Shown here: one piece after another, positions 1 through 11,587 of the stretch | Layout: each line of letters begins with the position of its first letter | Numbering within the stretch: the stretch's first letter is position 1 | Source: Hoeflea sp. | GTDB taxonomy: Bacteria; Pseudomonadota; Alphaproteobacteria; Rhizobiales; Rhizobiaceae | DNA length: 64,000 nucleotides | Assembly (NCBI RefSeq): GCF_965230055.1 | Contig: NZ_OZ245939.1 | Direction: 5' to 3' (one strand) | Made by a program: the position numbers and the translations under genes | The notes under the pieces: generated by a model | Seen by the model: only the letters and a program-made list of their open reading frames with translations | The model's database searches: none | Told to the model about the DNA's origin: nothing

Positions 1-2
1 AC

Positions 3-332
3 GATGTTGCATCGGTCTGTCAGGATGCGCGGGTTACGATTGCGCCCGAACTCGAAGCTCGGCTGCTCAATCGCTATGTCGATGATCGGAAATCCTCCGA
101 TCGGGCTTTCGACGAGGCGGCTTTCCGCAAGGTCTACGCGATCATGGCGGTGCAGCGCGCTTCGAAGATTCTCGGGATATTCGTCCGGCTCGACCAGCGG
201 GACGGGAAGCCCGCCTACTTGCGCCATCTGCCCCGCATCGAGGATTATGTCGCGCGTTCGTTGCGGCATCCTGCGCTTGAGCCCTTGCGCAGTTGGTTCA
301 CACGCGTTGGTATTGTCGCCACCGAATCATAA
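3..332 (+). CDS. C-terminal part of an AmgK-like aminoglycoside-phosphotransferase-family sugar kinase (probably the TsaE-AmgK fusion); begins before the window
   Basis: Open frame from position 3: DVASVCQDARVT...AVQRASKILGIFVRL..RDGKPAYLRHLPR, typical of the AmgK C-terminus; directly upstream of murU. Confidence 0.8.
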   Translation, partial: DVASVCQDARVTIAPELEARLLNRYVDDRKSSDRAFDEAAFRKVYAIMAVQRASKILGIFVRLDQRDGKPAYLRHLPRIEDYVARSLRHPALEPLRSWFTRVGIVATES

Positions 333-345
333 ACCGGGCCAGTCA

Positions 346-1080
346 ATGCGCATCCATTCCGCCATGATCCTTGCCGCAGGCCTCGGGACCCGCATGCGGC
401 CAATCACCGAGACCGTGCCGAAACCGCTGGTCGAGGTGGGGGGCAAGCCATTGATCGCCTACAGCCTGGAGGCGCTTCACGAGATCGGTATCTCCAGCAT
501 TGTCGCCAATGTGCACTATCTGGCGCCTGTTCTGGTTGACTGGCTTTCCGGTTGGTCGCGTGCAGACGTCGTGATCTCCGATGAAAGCGATGAGCTTCTG
601 GATTCCGGTGGGGGCGTCGCAAAGGCCCTCCCGCTTCTCGGAAATGACCCGTTTTTCGTCATGAACGCCGATACGTTCTGGTGCGAGGACCCCGCGGCCG
701 GGCGCAGCAATCTCGCCCGCATGGCTGAGGACTTCGATCCCGCCCGCATGGACATCCTGATGCTGACCGCGCGGCCAGACCAGGCCACCGGACATACCGG
801 CCGGGGTGATTTTACCATCGATGCGGATCGACGCCTCGCCCGTTTCACCGGAAGCGGCGAACCGGTGATATATGCCGGCACGCTGATCATGAGTCCGCAT
901 ATTCTCGGCTCCCTCACAGAGCGCCGGTTCTCGCTCAACCGCTGTTTTGACGCCGCAATTGCGGGGGGCCGGCTGTTTGCTGCGCCGCTCACCGGACACT
1001 GGCTGACCGTGGGAACGCCCGAGGCGATCGGCGAGGCGGAATCAGCCATGGCGGATTACGCCAACGGCCGCCCTTCGTGA
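346..1080 (+). CDS. murU: Nucleotidyltransferase, MurU-like (MurNAc-1-P uridylyltransferase)
   Basis: AMILAAGLGTRMRP..KPL NTP-transferase motif; ATG at 346; amgK-murU-addB synteny. Confidence 0.85.
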   Translation: MRIHSAMILAAGLGTRMRPITETVPKPLVEVGGKPLIAYSLEALHEIGISSIVANVHYLAPVLVDWLSGWSRADVVISDESDELLDSGGGVAKALPLLGNDPFFVMNADTFWCEDPAAGRSNLARMAEDFDPARMDILMLTARPDQATGHTGRGDFTIDADRRLARFTGSGEPVIYAGTLIMSPHILGSLTERRFSLNRCFDAAIAGGRLFAAPLTGHWLTVGTPEAIGEAESAMADYANGRPS

Positions 1081-4000
1081 CCCGCGCCGCGCCGCGTTTG
1101 GTCACCATCCCGCCGGGCGCGCCGTTTCTGCGTGTTCTGGCCGACCGGATATGTTCGGGCGACCTTGTCGACGGTCTCCGGTTTCGCAAGGACGATCCGC
1201 TGTCCCTTGCCCGTGCGACGGTTTTCGTGCCCACGCGGCGAGCCGCAAGGGTGCTTCGCTCGGAGTTGACGGACAGGATCGGTCTCGGCTCGGCAATCCT
1301 GCCGGTGATCCGGCCGCTCGGAGAGACCGATGAAGATACCGGTTTCTTCGACCCCGCGGACCCCGAGACGCTGGCACTCGATCCGCCGATCCCGCAAACC
1401 GCTGCCATGTTGCGCCTCGCCGACCTGGTACTGGCCTGGAAGGAGGCGCTTCCGCGAGCCGTTCTCGACCATCTTGGCGGTGCGCCGCTCGTCGCTCCGG
1501 CAAATCCGGCCGATGCGATCTGGCTTGGGCGCAGCCTGTTTGATCTCATTCAGGCGGTCGAGACCGAGGAGTGCGACTTCTCAGCCCTCGACACGGTGAT
1601 GACCGAGGACCTGCAGCAATGGTGGCAATTGACCCGCGAGTTCCTCGCCATTGCCCGGAGCTACTGGCCGGAATTGCTTGAGGAAATATCGAGATCCAGT
1701 CCGGCGCGCCACCACAACGCAATGCTCGATGTCTTCACCCGGGCGCTTGCCCAAACGTCAGCCGACCGCCCCGTCATCGTCGCCGGCTCCACTGGGACGC
1801 GGCCGGCAACCGCACGGCTGATTGCCGAGGTGGCGCATATGCCCAAGGGTGCGGTCGTTCTCCCGGGGCTTGACCACGCAATGCGCGAGACGCACTGGAT
1901 CGAACTTGCACGGGCGGCGGCCGCAACGGATGCACCGGGTTCGCCCGCGGCTTTCGATGCCACCGTGCGCAGTCATCCGCAATATGGCTTGCTGCGTCTT
2001 GTGCAGGGCTGCGGACTGGATGTGCAAGGGCTTTCCGATATCCCGGAGATCGCCGAGCCGGACTCCGCCATGCAAGTGCGGCGTGAGGCGGTCTCTGCCG
2101 CGCTCCTGCCCGCCGGCGCCACCGAAGCCTGGGGACAGCGCGGTTTCCTGCCGGATGCGAAGCTGCTCCAACCTGCTTTCGAACAGGTGTCACTGATCGA
2201 GGCGGCCAATGAACGGGAGGAGGCTGCGGCCCTGGCTGCCGCCATGCGTCTCGCACTGGAACCGGGACCGGCCACCCCGGAACCGGTGGTCGCGCTGGTG
2301 ACGCCGGACCGCAATCTTGCCCGCCGGGTGGTGGTGGAGTTGCGACGCTACGGGATCGAGGCCGATGATTCGGGTGGTACGCCGCTGACGTCGAGTCCGC
2401 AGGGCAGCCTGGCCCGCCTCACGGTCAAGGCTGCCTTCGCTCCCGGCGATGCCGTGGCGCTGGCCGGATTGATCAAGCATCCCCTCGCCCGCTTCGGTTT
2501 TGACAAGTCTTCGGCAACCCGGATGGCCGGCGTGGTGGAACGCATCGCACTGAGGGGCAGCAGCGGCGAAGCGGATGTCGATCAGCTTGAAACGCTCGTG
2601 ACCAGCCGCTCCGGCAACCGCGAGGACCGCCACGCGCCTGAATGGCTCGGCAGGATCTCCGGGGATGAGGCCAGCGGGGCCCAGGAGTTTGCAGAAAGGG
2701 TATCAGCGGCACTCTCGCCGCTGACATCAATTCTGCTCGATGTTTCGGGTCGGAAGCTGACTGACGCTGTCGCGATCGGCCGCCTCGCCGGATTTACTGC
2801 GGACGCGCTCGAACGCATTTGCGCTGACGAGACCGGGGATACGGGCCTCTTGTGGGGCGACGAGGCCGGCGAGGATCTGGCCGGCCTTCTGCTCGAAACC
2901 AGGGACAGCGGCGCAACCCTTGCCATCACCGGCCATGAATGGACCGGTGCGCTTGAAGCCTTGATGGCGAGCCGCATGGTCAAGCCCCGCGCCGGCGGTC
3001 ATCCGCGTGCATTCATCTGGGGTGCGCTTGAGGCCCGCTTGCAGCATGTCGACACGATCCTGCTTGGCGGATTGAACGAGGGCGTGTGGCCTCAGGCCGG
3101 ACGTGAAGATCCGTTCCTTTCCCGATCGATGAAGGCGGCCATCGGGCTGGAGCCGCCGGAGCGGCGCATCGGCCAGGCCGCCCATGATTTCCAGATGGCC
3201 ATGGGTGCACCGAATGTGGTGCTGTCGCGGGCGCACCGCTCCGGCAAGGCGCCCACGGTCGCTTCGCGCTGGTTGCAAAGGCTGCTCGCAGTCATCGGGC
3301 GTGAAACCGGAAAGGCGCTCGCCGGCAGGGGCGATGCCCTGCTCGAACATGTCCGGGGACTGGACGAGGCCGATCCGATCCGTTCCGCCGTCCGGCCCGA
3401 ACCCAAGCCTGCGGCTGATCTGCAGCCCCGAAGCTATTCCTTTTCGGAAGTCGCAACCCTGCGACGCGACCCATACGCGATCTATGCCCGCCGGGTCCTG
3501 CGCCTTGATCCGCTGGAGCCGTTTCTTGCCGATCCCGGTCCGCGCGAGCGCGGCACCTTGTATCATGCGATCCTCGAGGAACTGGTTGGCTCACATTCGC
3601 CCGAAGAGCGGAGCATGGGGGCGCTTCGGGAGATCGCAGACAGGCATTTTCGCGATGCCGGCCTGCCCGGTGCGACCGCGCTTGTCTGGCGCTCCCGGTT
3701 TGAGAAGGCTGCGCAAGCCATTGTGGACTGGGAGGCGGAGAACGCCGCCACCTGTTCAGCCTCCCGGGTCGAAGCAAGGGCGAGCCTGGAGATGCCGGCC
3801 GCCGGAATTCGCCTGACGGGCATGGCCGACCGCATTGACTTGCGGGCGGATGGTTCGGCCTGGATCATCGATTACAAGACCGGCGGCGCCCCTACGCGCA
3901 AGCAGGCCCGGATCCTTCTCGATCCGCAACTGGCTCTGGAGGCCCACGCCCTGCACCATGGCGGGTTCGCCGATCTCGGCGAAAGGCAGGTGTCGGCACT

Positions 4001-4283
4001 GCTCTATCTCCGCCTGACCGGCAAGGATCCGTTCGCCGAACGTGTCGATACCGATCCGGAGAACCCCGGAAAGGCCGAGTTTCTGAGCCCGTCCGATCTC
4101 GCGCTGAGGGCAGCCGATGAACTGACCCGGCTTGTCCTTCTCCTGAAGAGCGGAAAGCGCGGCTTCCTGTCCCGTGCAATTCCGCGCAGCGCCCGGGATT
4201 TCGCGGGAGACTACGACCATCTGGCACGCGTGGCGGAATGGCAGACGGCCATCGATTCGGAGGCGGGAGACGGCGATGAGTGA
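1077..4283 (+). CDS. addB: Double-strand break repair protein AddB
   Basis: 1068 aa; VPTRRAAR motif, C-terminal PD-(D/E)xK nuclease (RIDL..IIDYKTG); GTGA overlap with murU stop. Confidence 0.95.
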   Translation: MTRAAPRLVTIPPGAPFLRVLADRICSGDLVDGLRFRKDDPLSLARATVFVPTRRAARVLRSELTDRIGLGSAILPVIRPLGETDEDTGFFDPADPETLALDPPIPQTAAMLRLADLVLAWKEALPRAVLDHLGGAPLVAPANPADAIWLGRSLFDLIQAVETEECDFSALDTVMTEDLQQWWQLTREFLAIARSYWPELLEEISRSSPARHHNAMLDVFTRALAQTSADRPVIVAGSTGTRPATARLIAEVAHMPKGAVVLPGLDHAMRETHWIELARAAAATDAPGSPAAFDATVRSHPQYGLLRLVQGCGLDVQGLSDIPEIAEPDSAMQVRREAVSAALLPAGATEAWGQRGFLPDAKLLQPAFEQVSLIEAANEREEAAALAAAMRLALEPGPATPEPVVALVTPDRNLARRVVVELRRYGIEADDSGGTPLTSSPQGSLARLTVKAAFAPGDAVALAGLIKHPLARFGFDKSSATRMAGVVERIALRGSSGEADVDQLETLVTSRSGNREDRHAPEWLGRISGDEASGAQEFAERVSAALSPLTSILLDVSGRKLTDAVAIGRLAGFTADALERICADETGDTGLLWGDEAGEDLAGLLLETRDSGATLAITGHEWTGALEALMASRMVKPRAGGHPRAFIWGALEARLQHVDTILLGGLNEGVWPQAGREDPFLSRSMKAAIGLEPPERRIGQAAHDFQMAMGAPNVVLSRAHRSGKAPTVASRWLQRLLAVIGRETGKALAGRGDALLEHVRGLDEADPIRSAVRPEPKPAADLQPRSYSFSEVATLRRDPYAIYARRVLRLDPLEPFLADPGPRERGTLYHAILEELVGSHSPEERSMGALREIADRHFRDAGLPGATALVWRSRFEKAAQAIVDWEAENAATCSASRVEARASLEMPAAGIRLTGMADRIDLRADGSAWIIDYKTGGAPTRKQARILLDPQLALEAHALHHGGFADLGERQVSALLYLRLTGKDPFAERVDTDPENPGKAEFLSPSDLALRAADELTRLVLLLKSGKRGFLSRAIPRSARDFAGDYDHLARVAEWQTAIDSEAGDGDE

Positions 4284-7200
4284 AGCCGGCGGAACCGACG
4301 TCATTTCCCAGACGACCCTGAGACAGAACCGGGCGGCGACCCCTTCCCTGTCTGCCTGGGTGTCGGCCAATGCAGGCTCCGGCAAGACCCATGTTTTGGC
4401 CCGGCGGGTCATCCGCCTCCTTCTGCGCGGCGCCCGGCCTTCGGCCATCCTGTGCCTGACCTACACCAAGGCAGCTGCTGCGGAGATGTCGAACCGGGTC
4501 TTCAGGACCCTGGCGGACTGGGTGCTGCTCGATGATGCGGAACTGACCGGGCGACTGGCCGAGCTTGAGGGCGAAAAGCCGGAGGCCGGGCAATTGATCC
4601 GGGCGCGGCGCCTGTTTGCCACGGCGCTCGAAACCCCTGGCGGATTGAAGATCCAGACAATCCATGCCTTTTGCGAGGCAGTGCTGCACCGCTTTCCGCT
4701 CGAGGCCAACATTCCCGGCCACTTCTCGGTGCTGGACGATGACAAGGCGGCCGAACTTCTAGCGGAAGCCCGCCGGGAACTGATGTCGACGCAATCCTTC
4801 GAAACCGATCCCGATCTTGCCGAAGCTGTCATGCAGGCGCTTGAGACCGGAGGCGAGGCCGGCTTCGACAAGCTGCTCGCCGGTCTTTACCATCGCAGGC
4901 GCGAATACCTTGCCTTTCAGGCCGTTGCGGGCGACGCGAACGGGGCCGCGGCCCTGATCCGCGGGGCCCTCGGGCTCGAGGCGGAAGAAAACGAAGCCGG
5001 CATTGTATCGCGCGCATGGCCGCTTGATGCGCTTCCGGTCGACTATGTCAGGGACGTTCACGAATTTGCCGCCTCCGCAAAGTCCGCCTCGCGGGCATTT
5101 GACTTCAGCTACGGCATTCTCGCGGTTCATTCCCGGTCCGGCTCCGATCCCGCGGCGCGGCTTGATCTGCTGAAGCAGGTGTTCTTTACGAAGGGCGGAT
5201 CTCCGGCAAAACTGGGGAGTGTCGCCTCAAAATCGGTTGCGGAACGATTCCCGGATTTCGGGGAACGCGCCCAGAATGCGCAGGAACAGGTCATTTCGGT
5301 TTTTGATCGCCTCGCCCGCCTCAAGGCTGCGGGGGCGTCGATGATGGCCTATCGACTGGCGCGCCGCTACGTCGGCGGATTTACGGCGCTGAAGTCCCGC
5401 CAGGCGCTCCTCGATTATGATGATCTGATTGCCGCCACTGCGGCCCTGCTTGAAAAGAGCGGTGCAAGCGCGTGGGTTCACTACAAGCTCGATCAGGGGA
5501 TCGATCACATCCTCGTGGACGAGGCGCAGGACACCGCTCCCTTGCAGTGGAGTGTCATCGGAAAGCTGTCCGAGGAGTTCTTTGCCGGCGAAGGAGCCCG
5601 GGCCTCGACCCGAACGATTTTTGCCGTTGGAGACGAAAAACAGTCCATTTACTCTTTCCAGGGCGCGAGGCCTGAACGCTTCGCGCAGGAGCGCAGGAGC
5701 ATGGAAACCAAGGCCAGATCCGCTGAAGCGGACTTCGAGCATGTTCCCTTGCGGGTTTCGTTCCGATCGTCCTCCGAGGTGCTCAAACTGGTCGACCATG
5801 TCTTTGCGTCCGATGATGCACTGCGTGGCATGGGGGAAACCGGCGAACCGGTAATCCATGAAACGGCGCGTAGCCGTGCGCCGGGACAGGCTGAACTGTG
5901 GCCGATGATCGCCAAACAGAAGGTTGAGGACGAGGAAGACTGGACCGCGCCGTTTGACGATGTCCCGGAAACCGCGCCCGCAGCGCAGCTGGCGCGCCGC
6001 ATTGCCGATGTTCTGGGGCAATGGATCGGCCGCGAGACGATCGAGGACCAGAAGACAAAAAAGCTGCGGCCGATCACGGCTGGTGACGTGCTGGTGCTGG
6101 TGCGCAAGCGCGACGGATTTGTGCCCACGCTTCTGCGCACGCTCAAGGCGCGCACAGGCATCCCGGTGGCCGGGGCCGACCGGCTGCGCCTGACCGATCA
6201 CATCGCGGTTCAGGATCTGGCAGCCCTGGGACGGTTCGTTCTGCTTGAGGAGGACGATCTTTCGCTTGCCGCCTTGATCAAAAGCCCGCTGCTTGATCTC
6301 GATGAGGACGCCCTGTTTGAACTGGCCGCCGGCCGGTCCGAAAACGCGTCCGTCTGGCAACATCTCTGCGAGCTGGCCCAAACCTCATCGCGGTTCGCCG
6401 CCGTCCGCGAGCGTCTGGTTCGCTGGCGGGACATGGCCGGATGGCTGCAACCGCACGATTTCTATGCCCTGGTGCTCGGCCCCGAAGGAGGCCGCCAGGC
6501 CTATCTTTCGCGCCTTGGCCACGAAGCGGGCGATGTTCTGGACGAATTTCTCGGCCTCGCGCTGGATCACGAGCAGGCAGGCGTGCCCGGCTTGCAGGCA
6601 TTTCTGGCCATGCTGGAAACGGATTCGCCGGAGATCAAGCGCGAAATGGAAGCAGGCTCCGGCGCGGTCCGGATCATGACGGTGCATGCCGCCAAGGGGC
6701 TGGAGGCGCCGGTGGTCTTCCTGGTCGATTCCGGCGGCGAGGCGGCTCAGAGCAGTCACGAACCGAATCTGTGGCTGCTGCCACAGGCTTCCGCGTCGGC
6801 TCCCGACATGCCCCCCGTGCCCATATGGCTTCCCGACAAGAGTTTCCACAACGGCGCCACCGAACCATTGCGCGAGGCAGCCAGGGACCGGGCGGAAGAG
6901 GAATACCGGCGGCTTCTATATGTCGGGCTCACCCGTGCCGCCGATCGGGTGGTGGTCTGCGGGTACCGTGGCGTCAGGGAAGCAAGGTCGCCGACATGGC
7001 ACAGTCTTGTCGCAGCAGGTTTCGAGCGTGCGGCGCAATCCGGCAATTACGAGATCAGCGAGATCGAACGCTTTGAAGACTCCCTGCCCTTCAAGGTGGT
7101 GCGGATGCAGCGGACCGGAGCGACGCTCGCGCTGGCAGGTGAGAAAATCGCGCAGACCGGGCTTGGATCCGGATCGCCCGCCTCCGTACCGCTGACGCCG

Positions 7201-7836
7201 CTGGAGCCCCCGAAACGACTTCCGCGGCCGCTTGCCCCTTCGGGTGTAAGTGCTGTTCTGGAAGATAGCATCGAGCCGCCTGTGCGCTCGCCATTCGCGG
7301 ATAAACCATCCGGCTCGAGCCTTGCGCTGGAGCGCGGCAGCATGATTCACCGGTTGCTTCAGGTTCTTCCGTCGCTTGATCCGGACGGACGAGAGGAAGC
7401 GCTGGGCCGGTATCTCGGGCGTGCGATGCCCGGGTCCGTCACCACGGAGAGGGATCTTGTCGCGCAGCAGGTTCTCTCGGTGATCAACGATCCCGAGTTC
7501 GCAGCGGTTTTCGCATCTCCGGGAGAAGCGGAAGTCTCTGTGATGGGGACGCTACGGATCAATGGCGAGGAACGTGCGGTTTCGGGCCGGATAGACCGGC
7601 TTGCGGTGATGGAGGACAGTGTCCTGATCGTCGACTACAAGACCGGGCATGCGCCCGGGCCAAGCGGTTCGGCGCCGGAAAGCCATGTCTCGCAGCTTGC
7701 GGTCTACCGTGCGCTCCTGGCGCCCTTGTACCCGGATCGGCGCATCCAGGCGGCACTGGTCTATGTCTCTGCACCGCTGCTGATGGAGATCCCCGATACG
7801 GTGCTCGATGCGGCAATCGCGGCAATTGATAGCTGA
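4276..7836 (+). CDS. addA: Double-strand break repair helicase-nuclease AddA
   Basis: Walker [46 protein letters not shown]-terminal [13 protein letters not shown]. Confidence 0.95.
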   Translation: MSEAGGTDVISQTTLRQNRAATPSLSAWVSANAGSGKTHVLARRVIRLLLRGARPSAILCLTYTKAAAAEMSNRVFRTLADWVLLDDAELTGRLAELEGEKPEAGQLIRARRLFATALETPGGLKIQTIHAFCEAVLHRFPLEANIPGHFSVLDDDKAAELLAEARRELMSTQSFETDPDLAEAVMQALETGGEAGFDKLLAGLYHRRREYLAFQAVAGDANGAAALIRGALGLEAEENEAGIVSRAWPLDALPVDYVRDVHEFAASAKSASRAFDFSYGILAVHSRSGSDPAARLDLLKQVFFTKGGSPAKLGSVASKSVAERFPDFGERAQNAQEQVISVFDRLARLKAAGASMMAYRLARRYVGGFTALKSRQALLDYDDLIAATAALLEKSGASAWVHYKLDQGIDHILVDEAQDTAPLQWSVIGKLSEEFFAGEGARASTRTIFAVGDEKQSIYSFQGARPERFAQERRSMETKARSAEADFEHVPLRVSFRSSSEVLKLVDHVFASDDALRGMGETGEPVIHETARSRAPGQAELWPMIAKQKVEDEEDWTAPFDDVPETAPAAQLARRIADVLGQWIGRETIEDQKTKKLRPITAGDVLVLVRKRDGFVPTLLRTLKARTGIPVAGADRLRLTDHIAVQDLAALGRFVLLEEDDLSLAALIKSPLLDLDEDALFELAAGRSENASVWQHLCELAQTSSRFAAVRERLVRWRDMAGWLQPHDFYALVLGPEGGRQAYLSRLGHEAGDVLDEFLGLALDHEQAGVPGLQAFLAMLETDSPEIKREMEAGSGAVRIMTVHAAKGLEAPVVFLVDSGGEAAQSSHEPNLWLLPQASASAPDMPPVPIWLPDKSFHNGATEPLREAARDRAEEEYRRLLYVGLTRAADRVVVCGYRGVREARSPTWHSLVAAGFERAAQSGNYEISEIERFEDSLPFKVVRMQRTGATLALAGEKIAQTGLGSGSPASVPLTPLEPPKRLPRPLAPSGVSAVLEDSIEPPVRSPFADKPSGSSLALERGSMIHRLLQVLPSLDPDGREEALGRYLGRAMPGSVTTERDLVAQQVLSVINDPEFAAVFASPGEAEVSVMGTLRINGEERAVSGRIDRLAVMEDSVLIVDYKTGHAPGPSGSAPESHVSQLAVYRALLAPLYPDRRIQAALVYVSAPLLMEIPDTVLDAAIAAIDS

Positions 7837-7851
7837 GACGAGCCGAATACA

Positions 7852-7880
7852 CTTGAATACCGCCGCCCGAATCATCACAT
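7852..7880 (+). promoter_or_regulatory. Candidate trxA promoter (CTTGAA-N16-ATCACAT; sigma70/RpoH-type) with a GANTC site in the spacer
   Basis: Resembles the alphaproteobacterial CTTG-N17-CTATAT promoter, about 40 nt upstream of the trxA ATG. Confidence 0.4.
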
Positions 7881-7918
7881 TGTGGGCATCCAAGACAGAT
7901 CCCAAAGGAGTGCCGGTC

Positions 7919-8242
7919 ATGGCAACCGTGAAAGTAGACAGCGCCAATTTTCAGAGCGAAGTTCTGGAATCAGATGTGCCGGTCGTCGTTGATTTCTGGG
8001 CCGAATGGTGCGGCCCCTGCAAGATGATCGCCCCGAGCCTTGAGGAAATCTCCAACGAGATGCAGGGCAAGGTGAAGGTCGCCAAGGTCAATATTGACGA
8101 GAATCCGCAGATCGCCACCCAGTTTGGCGTCCGCTCGATCCCGACCCTCGCGATGTTCAAGGGCGGATCGGTTGCAGACATCAAGGTCGGCGCCTCGCCG
8201 AAGACGGCCCTTTCGAGCTGGATCAGCGGCGCGGTCGCCTGA
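7919..8242 (+). CDS. trxA: Thioredoxin
   Basis: WCGPC active site; AAGGAG RBS. Confidence 0.97.
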   Translation: MATVKVDSANFQSEVLESDVPVVVDFWAEWCGPCKMIAPSLEEISNEMQGKVKVAKVNIDENPQIATQFGVRSIPTLAMFKGGSVADIKVGASPKTALSSWISGAVA

Positions 8243-8282
8243 TCCGGCGCAAGCCTGTCCCGTCTTCGGGGAGAGAGATCAT

Positions 8283-8313
8283 GCCCGTCCGGCAACGCCG
8301 GGCGGGCTTTTTT
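8283..8313 (+). terminator. Intrinsic terminator after trxA
   Basis: gcccgtccggc-aac-gccgggcgggc stem followed by a T6 tract. Confidence 0.85.
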
Positions 8314-8349
8314 ATTGCCGGTTCGCGATGGAAATGCGCCGCTTGCCGC

Positions 8350-9696
8350 TCAGGCCGGCGGCGTCCCGTTCTGCGCCAGCACATGCCCCAGCAGATAAAG
8401 TGATCCGCCGATGAGAATGCGTGGCGGTCTTTCGAGCCGGTTCCAGTTCCCAGTGATTGCAGCGATTGCCGCCTCGACGCCGGGGGCGGATTCCGCCGGC
8501 AGCCCGGCTTCGTCGGCCGTATCGGCGAGGAACTCGGGATCGACGCCGGCATCCGAACCGGGGACCGGAACGGTGAACACGTGCCGCGCAATGCCGGCGA
8601 AAGCCTCGAAATAGCCCACCGGATCCTTGGTGTTGATCATGCCCGTGATCAGGAACAGCGGCCTCGGGTCCCGTTCCTCGAGATTGGCCATGGCTTCGGC
8701 GATCACCTGTCCTGCGCCCGGGTTGTGCCCGCCGTCGATCCAGATCTCCACGTCTTCGGCGGCGGCCTGCTGCAGCTTGCCGCGCGGCAACCGTTCAAGG
8801 CGGCCCGGCCAGGAAACCGACAGCAGCGCTTCGCCGAGCGCCGCCTCGTTGAGTTCGAAGCCGGCGGCCTTCACCGCGCGAATGGCGGCGGCGGCGTTCG
8901 ATTGCTGATGCCGGCCGGCAAGCCGCGGCAATGGCAGGTCGATCAGTTCTTCGTCGTCCTGGTAGGCGAGCCGGCCGTTTTCCTGCTGGGCGATGTAATC
9001 CTGGCCATACACATGGAGCGGGCACCTCAGCCGTTCGGCAATGCTCACAAGCACTTCTCGTGCCGTCTCTTCGGGCTGCTGGCCGATCACCACGGGAACA
9101 CCGGGCTTGATGATGCCGCCCTTTTCCGCCGCAATCAGTTCGACCCGATCCCCGAGATAGGCCTGATGGTCGAGTGAAATCGACATGATGATCGAAACCG
9201 CCGGATTGTCGATGACATTTGTCGCGTCGAACCGGCCGCCGAGTCCGACCTCGATGATTGCCGCATCCGCCGGGTGCTCCGAAAACAGGACGAACATCAC
9301 CGCCGTCAGGATCTCGAAAACGGTGATTGTCTCACCACGATTGGCTTCCGCAACGCGTCTCACCGCATCGGCAAGCACTTCGTCGGCCACAAGCCGCCCG
9401 CCGCCTTCGGCCCCGAGCCGGTAACGCTCGTGCCAGTTGACCAGATGCGGCGACGTGTGAACATGTGTGGTGTGGCCGTGGGCCTCGAGAATGGCGCGGC
9501 AGAAGGCGCCGGTCGATCCCTTGCCGTTCGTGCCCGCGATGTGGATCACGGGCGGCAAGCGCAAATGTGGATCGCCCAGCCGTTCCAGAAGCCTGGCAAT
9601 CCGGCCGAGCGACAGGTCAAATCCCTTGGGATGAAGCGCCATCAGCGCTTCGATTTCCCGTTCGGCCTGAGATATCGCCGATTCTTCCACGCTCAT
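8350..9696 (-). CDS. folC: Bifunctional folylpolyglutamate synthase/dihydrofolate synthase
   Basis: IHIAGTNGKGST, EVGLGGRFDATN, WPGRL, IDGGHN; start MSVEES at 9696. Confidence 0.95.
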   Translation of the reverse strand: MSVEESAISQAEREIEALMALHPKGFDLSLGRIARLLERLGDPHLRLPPVIHIAGTNGKGSTGAFCRAILEAHGHTTHVHTSPHLVNWHERYRLGAEGGGRLVADEVLADAVRRVAEANRGETITVFEILTAVMFVLFSEHPADAAIIEVGLGGRFDATNVIDNPAVSIIMSISLDHQAYLGDRVELIAAEKGGIIKPGVPVVIGQQPEETAREVLVSIAERLRCPLHVYGQDYIAQQENGRLAYQDDEELIDLPLPRLAGRHQQSNAAAAIRAVKAAGFELNEAALGEALLSVSWPGRLERLPRGKLQQAAAEDVEIWIDGGHNPGAGQVIAEAMANLEERDPRPLFLITGMINTKDPVGYFEAFAGIARHVFTVPVPGSDAGVDPEFLADTADEAGLPAESAPGVEAAIAAITGNWNRLERPPRILIGGSLYLLGHVLAQNGTPPA

Positions 9697-9745
9697 GGAT
9701 CCTGTCTTGGCCACCGGCCTGGGCGCGGTGTCGGGGTGGTGCGGC

Positions 9746-10678
9746 TTACTGCGCGGCCTCGGCGGAGGCAGGTTCGGTTTCCGCCGCCTCTTCCGGAGCC
9801 GGTGCGGGCAGGGCCGCGGGCGCCGGTGCGTCCAGCTTGAGGAAGATGCGCAACAGCCGAGAAACCGTTTCCGGAAGATCATGGCGATGAACGACCATGT
9901 CCACCATGCCATGTTCGAGGAGATACTCGGATGTCTGGAAACCTTCCGGCAGCTTTTCCCGGATCGTTTGCTCGATAACTCTTTTGCCGGCAAAGCAGAT
10001 CTCTGCGCCCGGCTCGGCCAGGTGCACGTCGCCCAGCATCGCATAGGATGCCGACACGCCGCCCGTCGTCGGATTGGTCAGGACCACGATGTAGGGAAGT
10101 CCAGCTTCCTTGAGCATTTCCACCGCGACGGTGGTGCGCGGCAATTGCATCAGCGACAGGATTCCCTCCTGCATGCGTGCGCCACCCGAAGCCGGGAACA
10201 TCACGAGCGGGCAGTTGCGTTCGATTGCGGCCTCGAAAGCCTCGATGATTGCCTCGCCTGCGGCAATCCCGAGGGAGCCGCCCATGAACGAGAAATCATG
10301 CACGCAGGCAACGATGTCGACGCCGCGCACCGCGCCGTAGGCGGAGACCACCGAATCCTCGAGACCGGTCTTGGTGCGGTTGTCGCGCAGGCGGTCTGTG
10401 TACTTCTTCGAATCGCGGAACTTGAGCGGGTCCTGCGGCACCTTCGGGGCCGGAAGCATTTCGTACTTGCCGTCGTCGAACATGTGCTTGAGCCGGGCTT
10501 CGGCCGACATCTTCATGTGGTAACCCGAGGCGGGAATCACGAAGTGGTTTTCCTCAAGGTCGTTGTGGAACACCATTTCCCCGGTTTCGGGGCATTTGAT
10601 CCAGAGGTTCTCGGGCACCTCGCGACGGCCGAGCATCGAGTTGATCTTGGGCCTGACGTAATTGGTGATCCAGTTCAC
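9746..10678 (-). CDS. accD: Acetyl-CoA carboxylase carboxyltransferase beta subunit
   Basis: [43 protein letters not shown]. Confidence 0.97.
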   Translation of the reverse strand: MNWITNYVRPKINSMLGRREVPENLWIKCPETGEMVFHNDLEENHFVIPASGYHMKMSAEARLKHMFDDGKYEMLPAPKVPQDPLKFRDSKKYTDRLRDNRTKTGLEDSVVSAYGAVRGVDIVACVHDFSFMGGSLGIAAGEAIIEAFEAAIERNCPLVMFPASGGARMQEGILSLMQLPRTTVAVEMLKEAGLPYIVVLTNPTTGGVSASYAMLGDVHLAEPGAEICFAGKRVIEQTIREKLPEGFQTSEYLLEHGMVDMVVHRHDLPETVSRLLRIFLKLDAPAPAALPAPAPEEAAETEPASAEAAQ

Positions 10679-10745
10679 TGCAAAGTCTCCGGTTTGTCTC
10701 GGCGTGGCCGAATCTTCATGGCGCCAAGATTATCATGTGGGGGTG

Positions 10746-11585
10746 CTATTCGGCCGGTGCAAGCCGCGCGTCACGCACACCGGTTGCCAGACCGCGCACC
10801 ATCGTTGCCACGCTCTCCACCGTGTCGCCCGTTGCCTGCCCCGCGGAGGTCAGCGTATTGGCGATCTGGTTGACGATGGCGGTTCCGACCACGACACCAT
10901 CCGCGGATTTTCCGATGGCGCGCGCCTGCTCGGCGGTCTTGACCCCGAAGCCGACGCAGACCGGCAGATCCGTGTGGCTCTTGATCCGGTCCACGGCCGT
11001 GTTCACCTTCGAGGTGTCCGCGATGGCGGAGCCGGTAATGCCGGTCATTGAAACGTAGTAGACGAAACCGGACGTGTTGCTCAGGACCCGCGGCAAACGC
11101 TTGTCGTCGGTTGTCGGCGTGGCGAGGCGGATGAAATTCAACCCGGCTTCAAGCGCGGGAAGACAGAGTTCCTCGTCCATTTCCGGCGGCAGATCCACGA
11201 TAATCAGGCCGTCGATGCCAGCATCCCGCGCATCGGAAAGAAAGCGCTCAACACCGTAGATGTAGATCGGGTTGTAGTAGCCCATCAGCACGATCGGGGT
11301 TTCGTTGTCGCCCTTGCGGAAGTCGCGTGCCAGATCCAGCGTCCGGGACAGTGTCTGCCCGCCCTTGAGCGCGCGCTGGCCGGCCATCTGGATCGCTGGG
11401 CCGTCGGCCATCGGGTCCGAAAACGGCATTCCCAGTTCGATCACGTCCGATCCGGCGCCGGGCAGCGCCTGCATGATTTTCAGCGACGTGTCGTAGTCCG
11501 GGTCGCCGCCCATGAAATAGGTCACCAAGGCAGGCCGGCCCTCGGATTTGAGCTTCTCGAAGCGTGTATCGATACGTGTTGTCAT
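10746..11585 (-). CDS. trpA: Tryptophan synthase alpha subunit
   Basis: [30 protein letters not shown]; start MTTRID. Confidence 0.97.
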   Translation of the reverse strand: MTTRIDTRFEKLKSEGRPALVTYFMGGDPDYDTSLKIMQALPGAGSDVIELGMPFSDPMADGPAIQMAGQRALKGGQTLSRTLDLARDFRKGDNETPIVLMGYYNPIYIYGVERFLSDARDAGIDGLIIVDLPPEMDEELCLPALEAGLNFIRLATPTTDDKRLPRVLSNTSGFVYYVSMTGITGSAIADTSKVNTAVDRIKSHTDLPVCVGFGVKTAEQARAIGKSADGVVVGTAIVNQIANTLTSAGQATGDTVESVATMVRGLATGVRDARLAPAE

Positions 11586-11587
11586 GA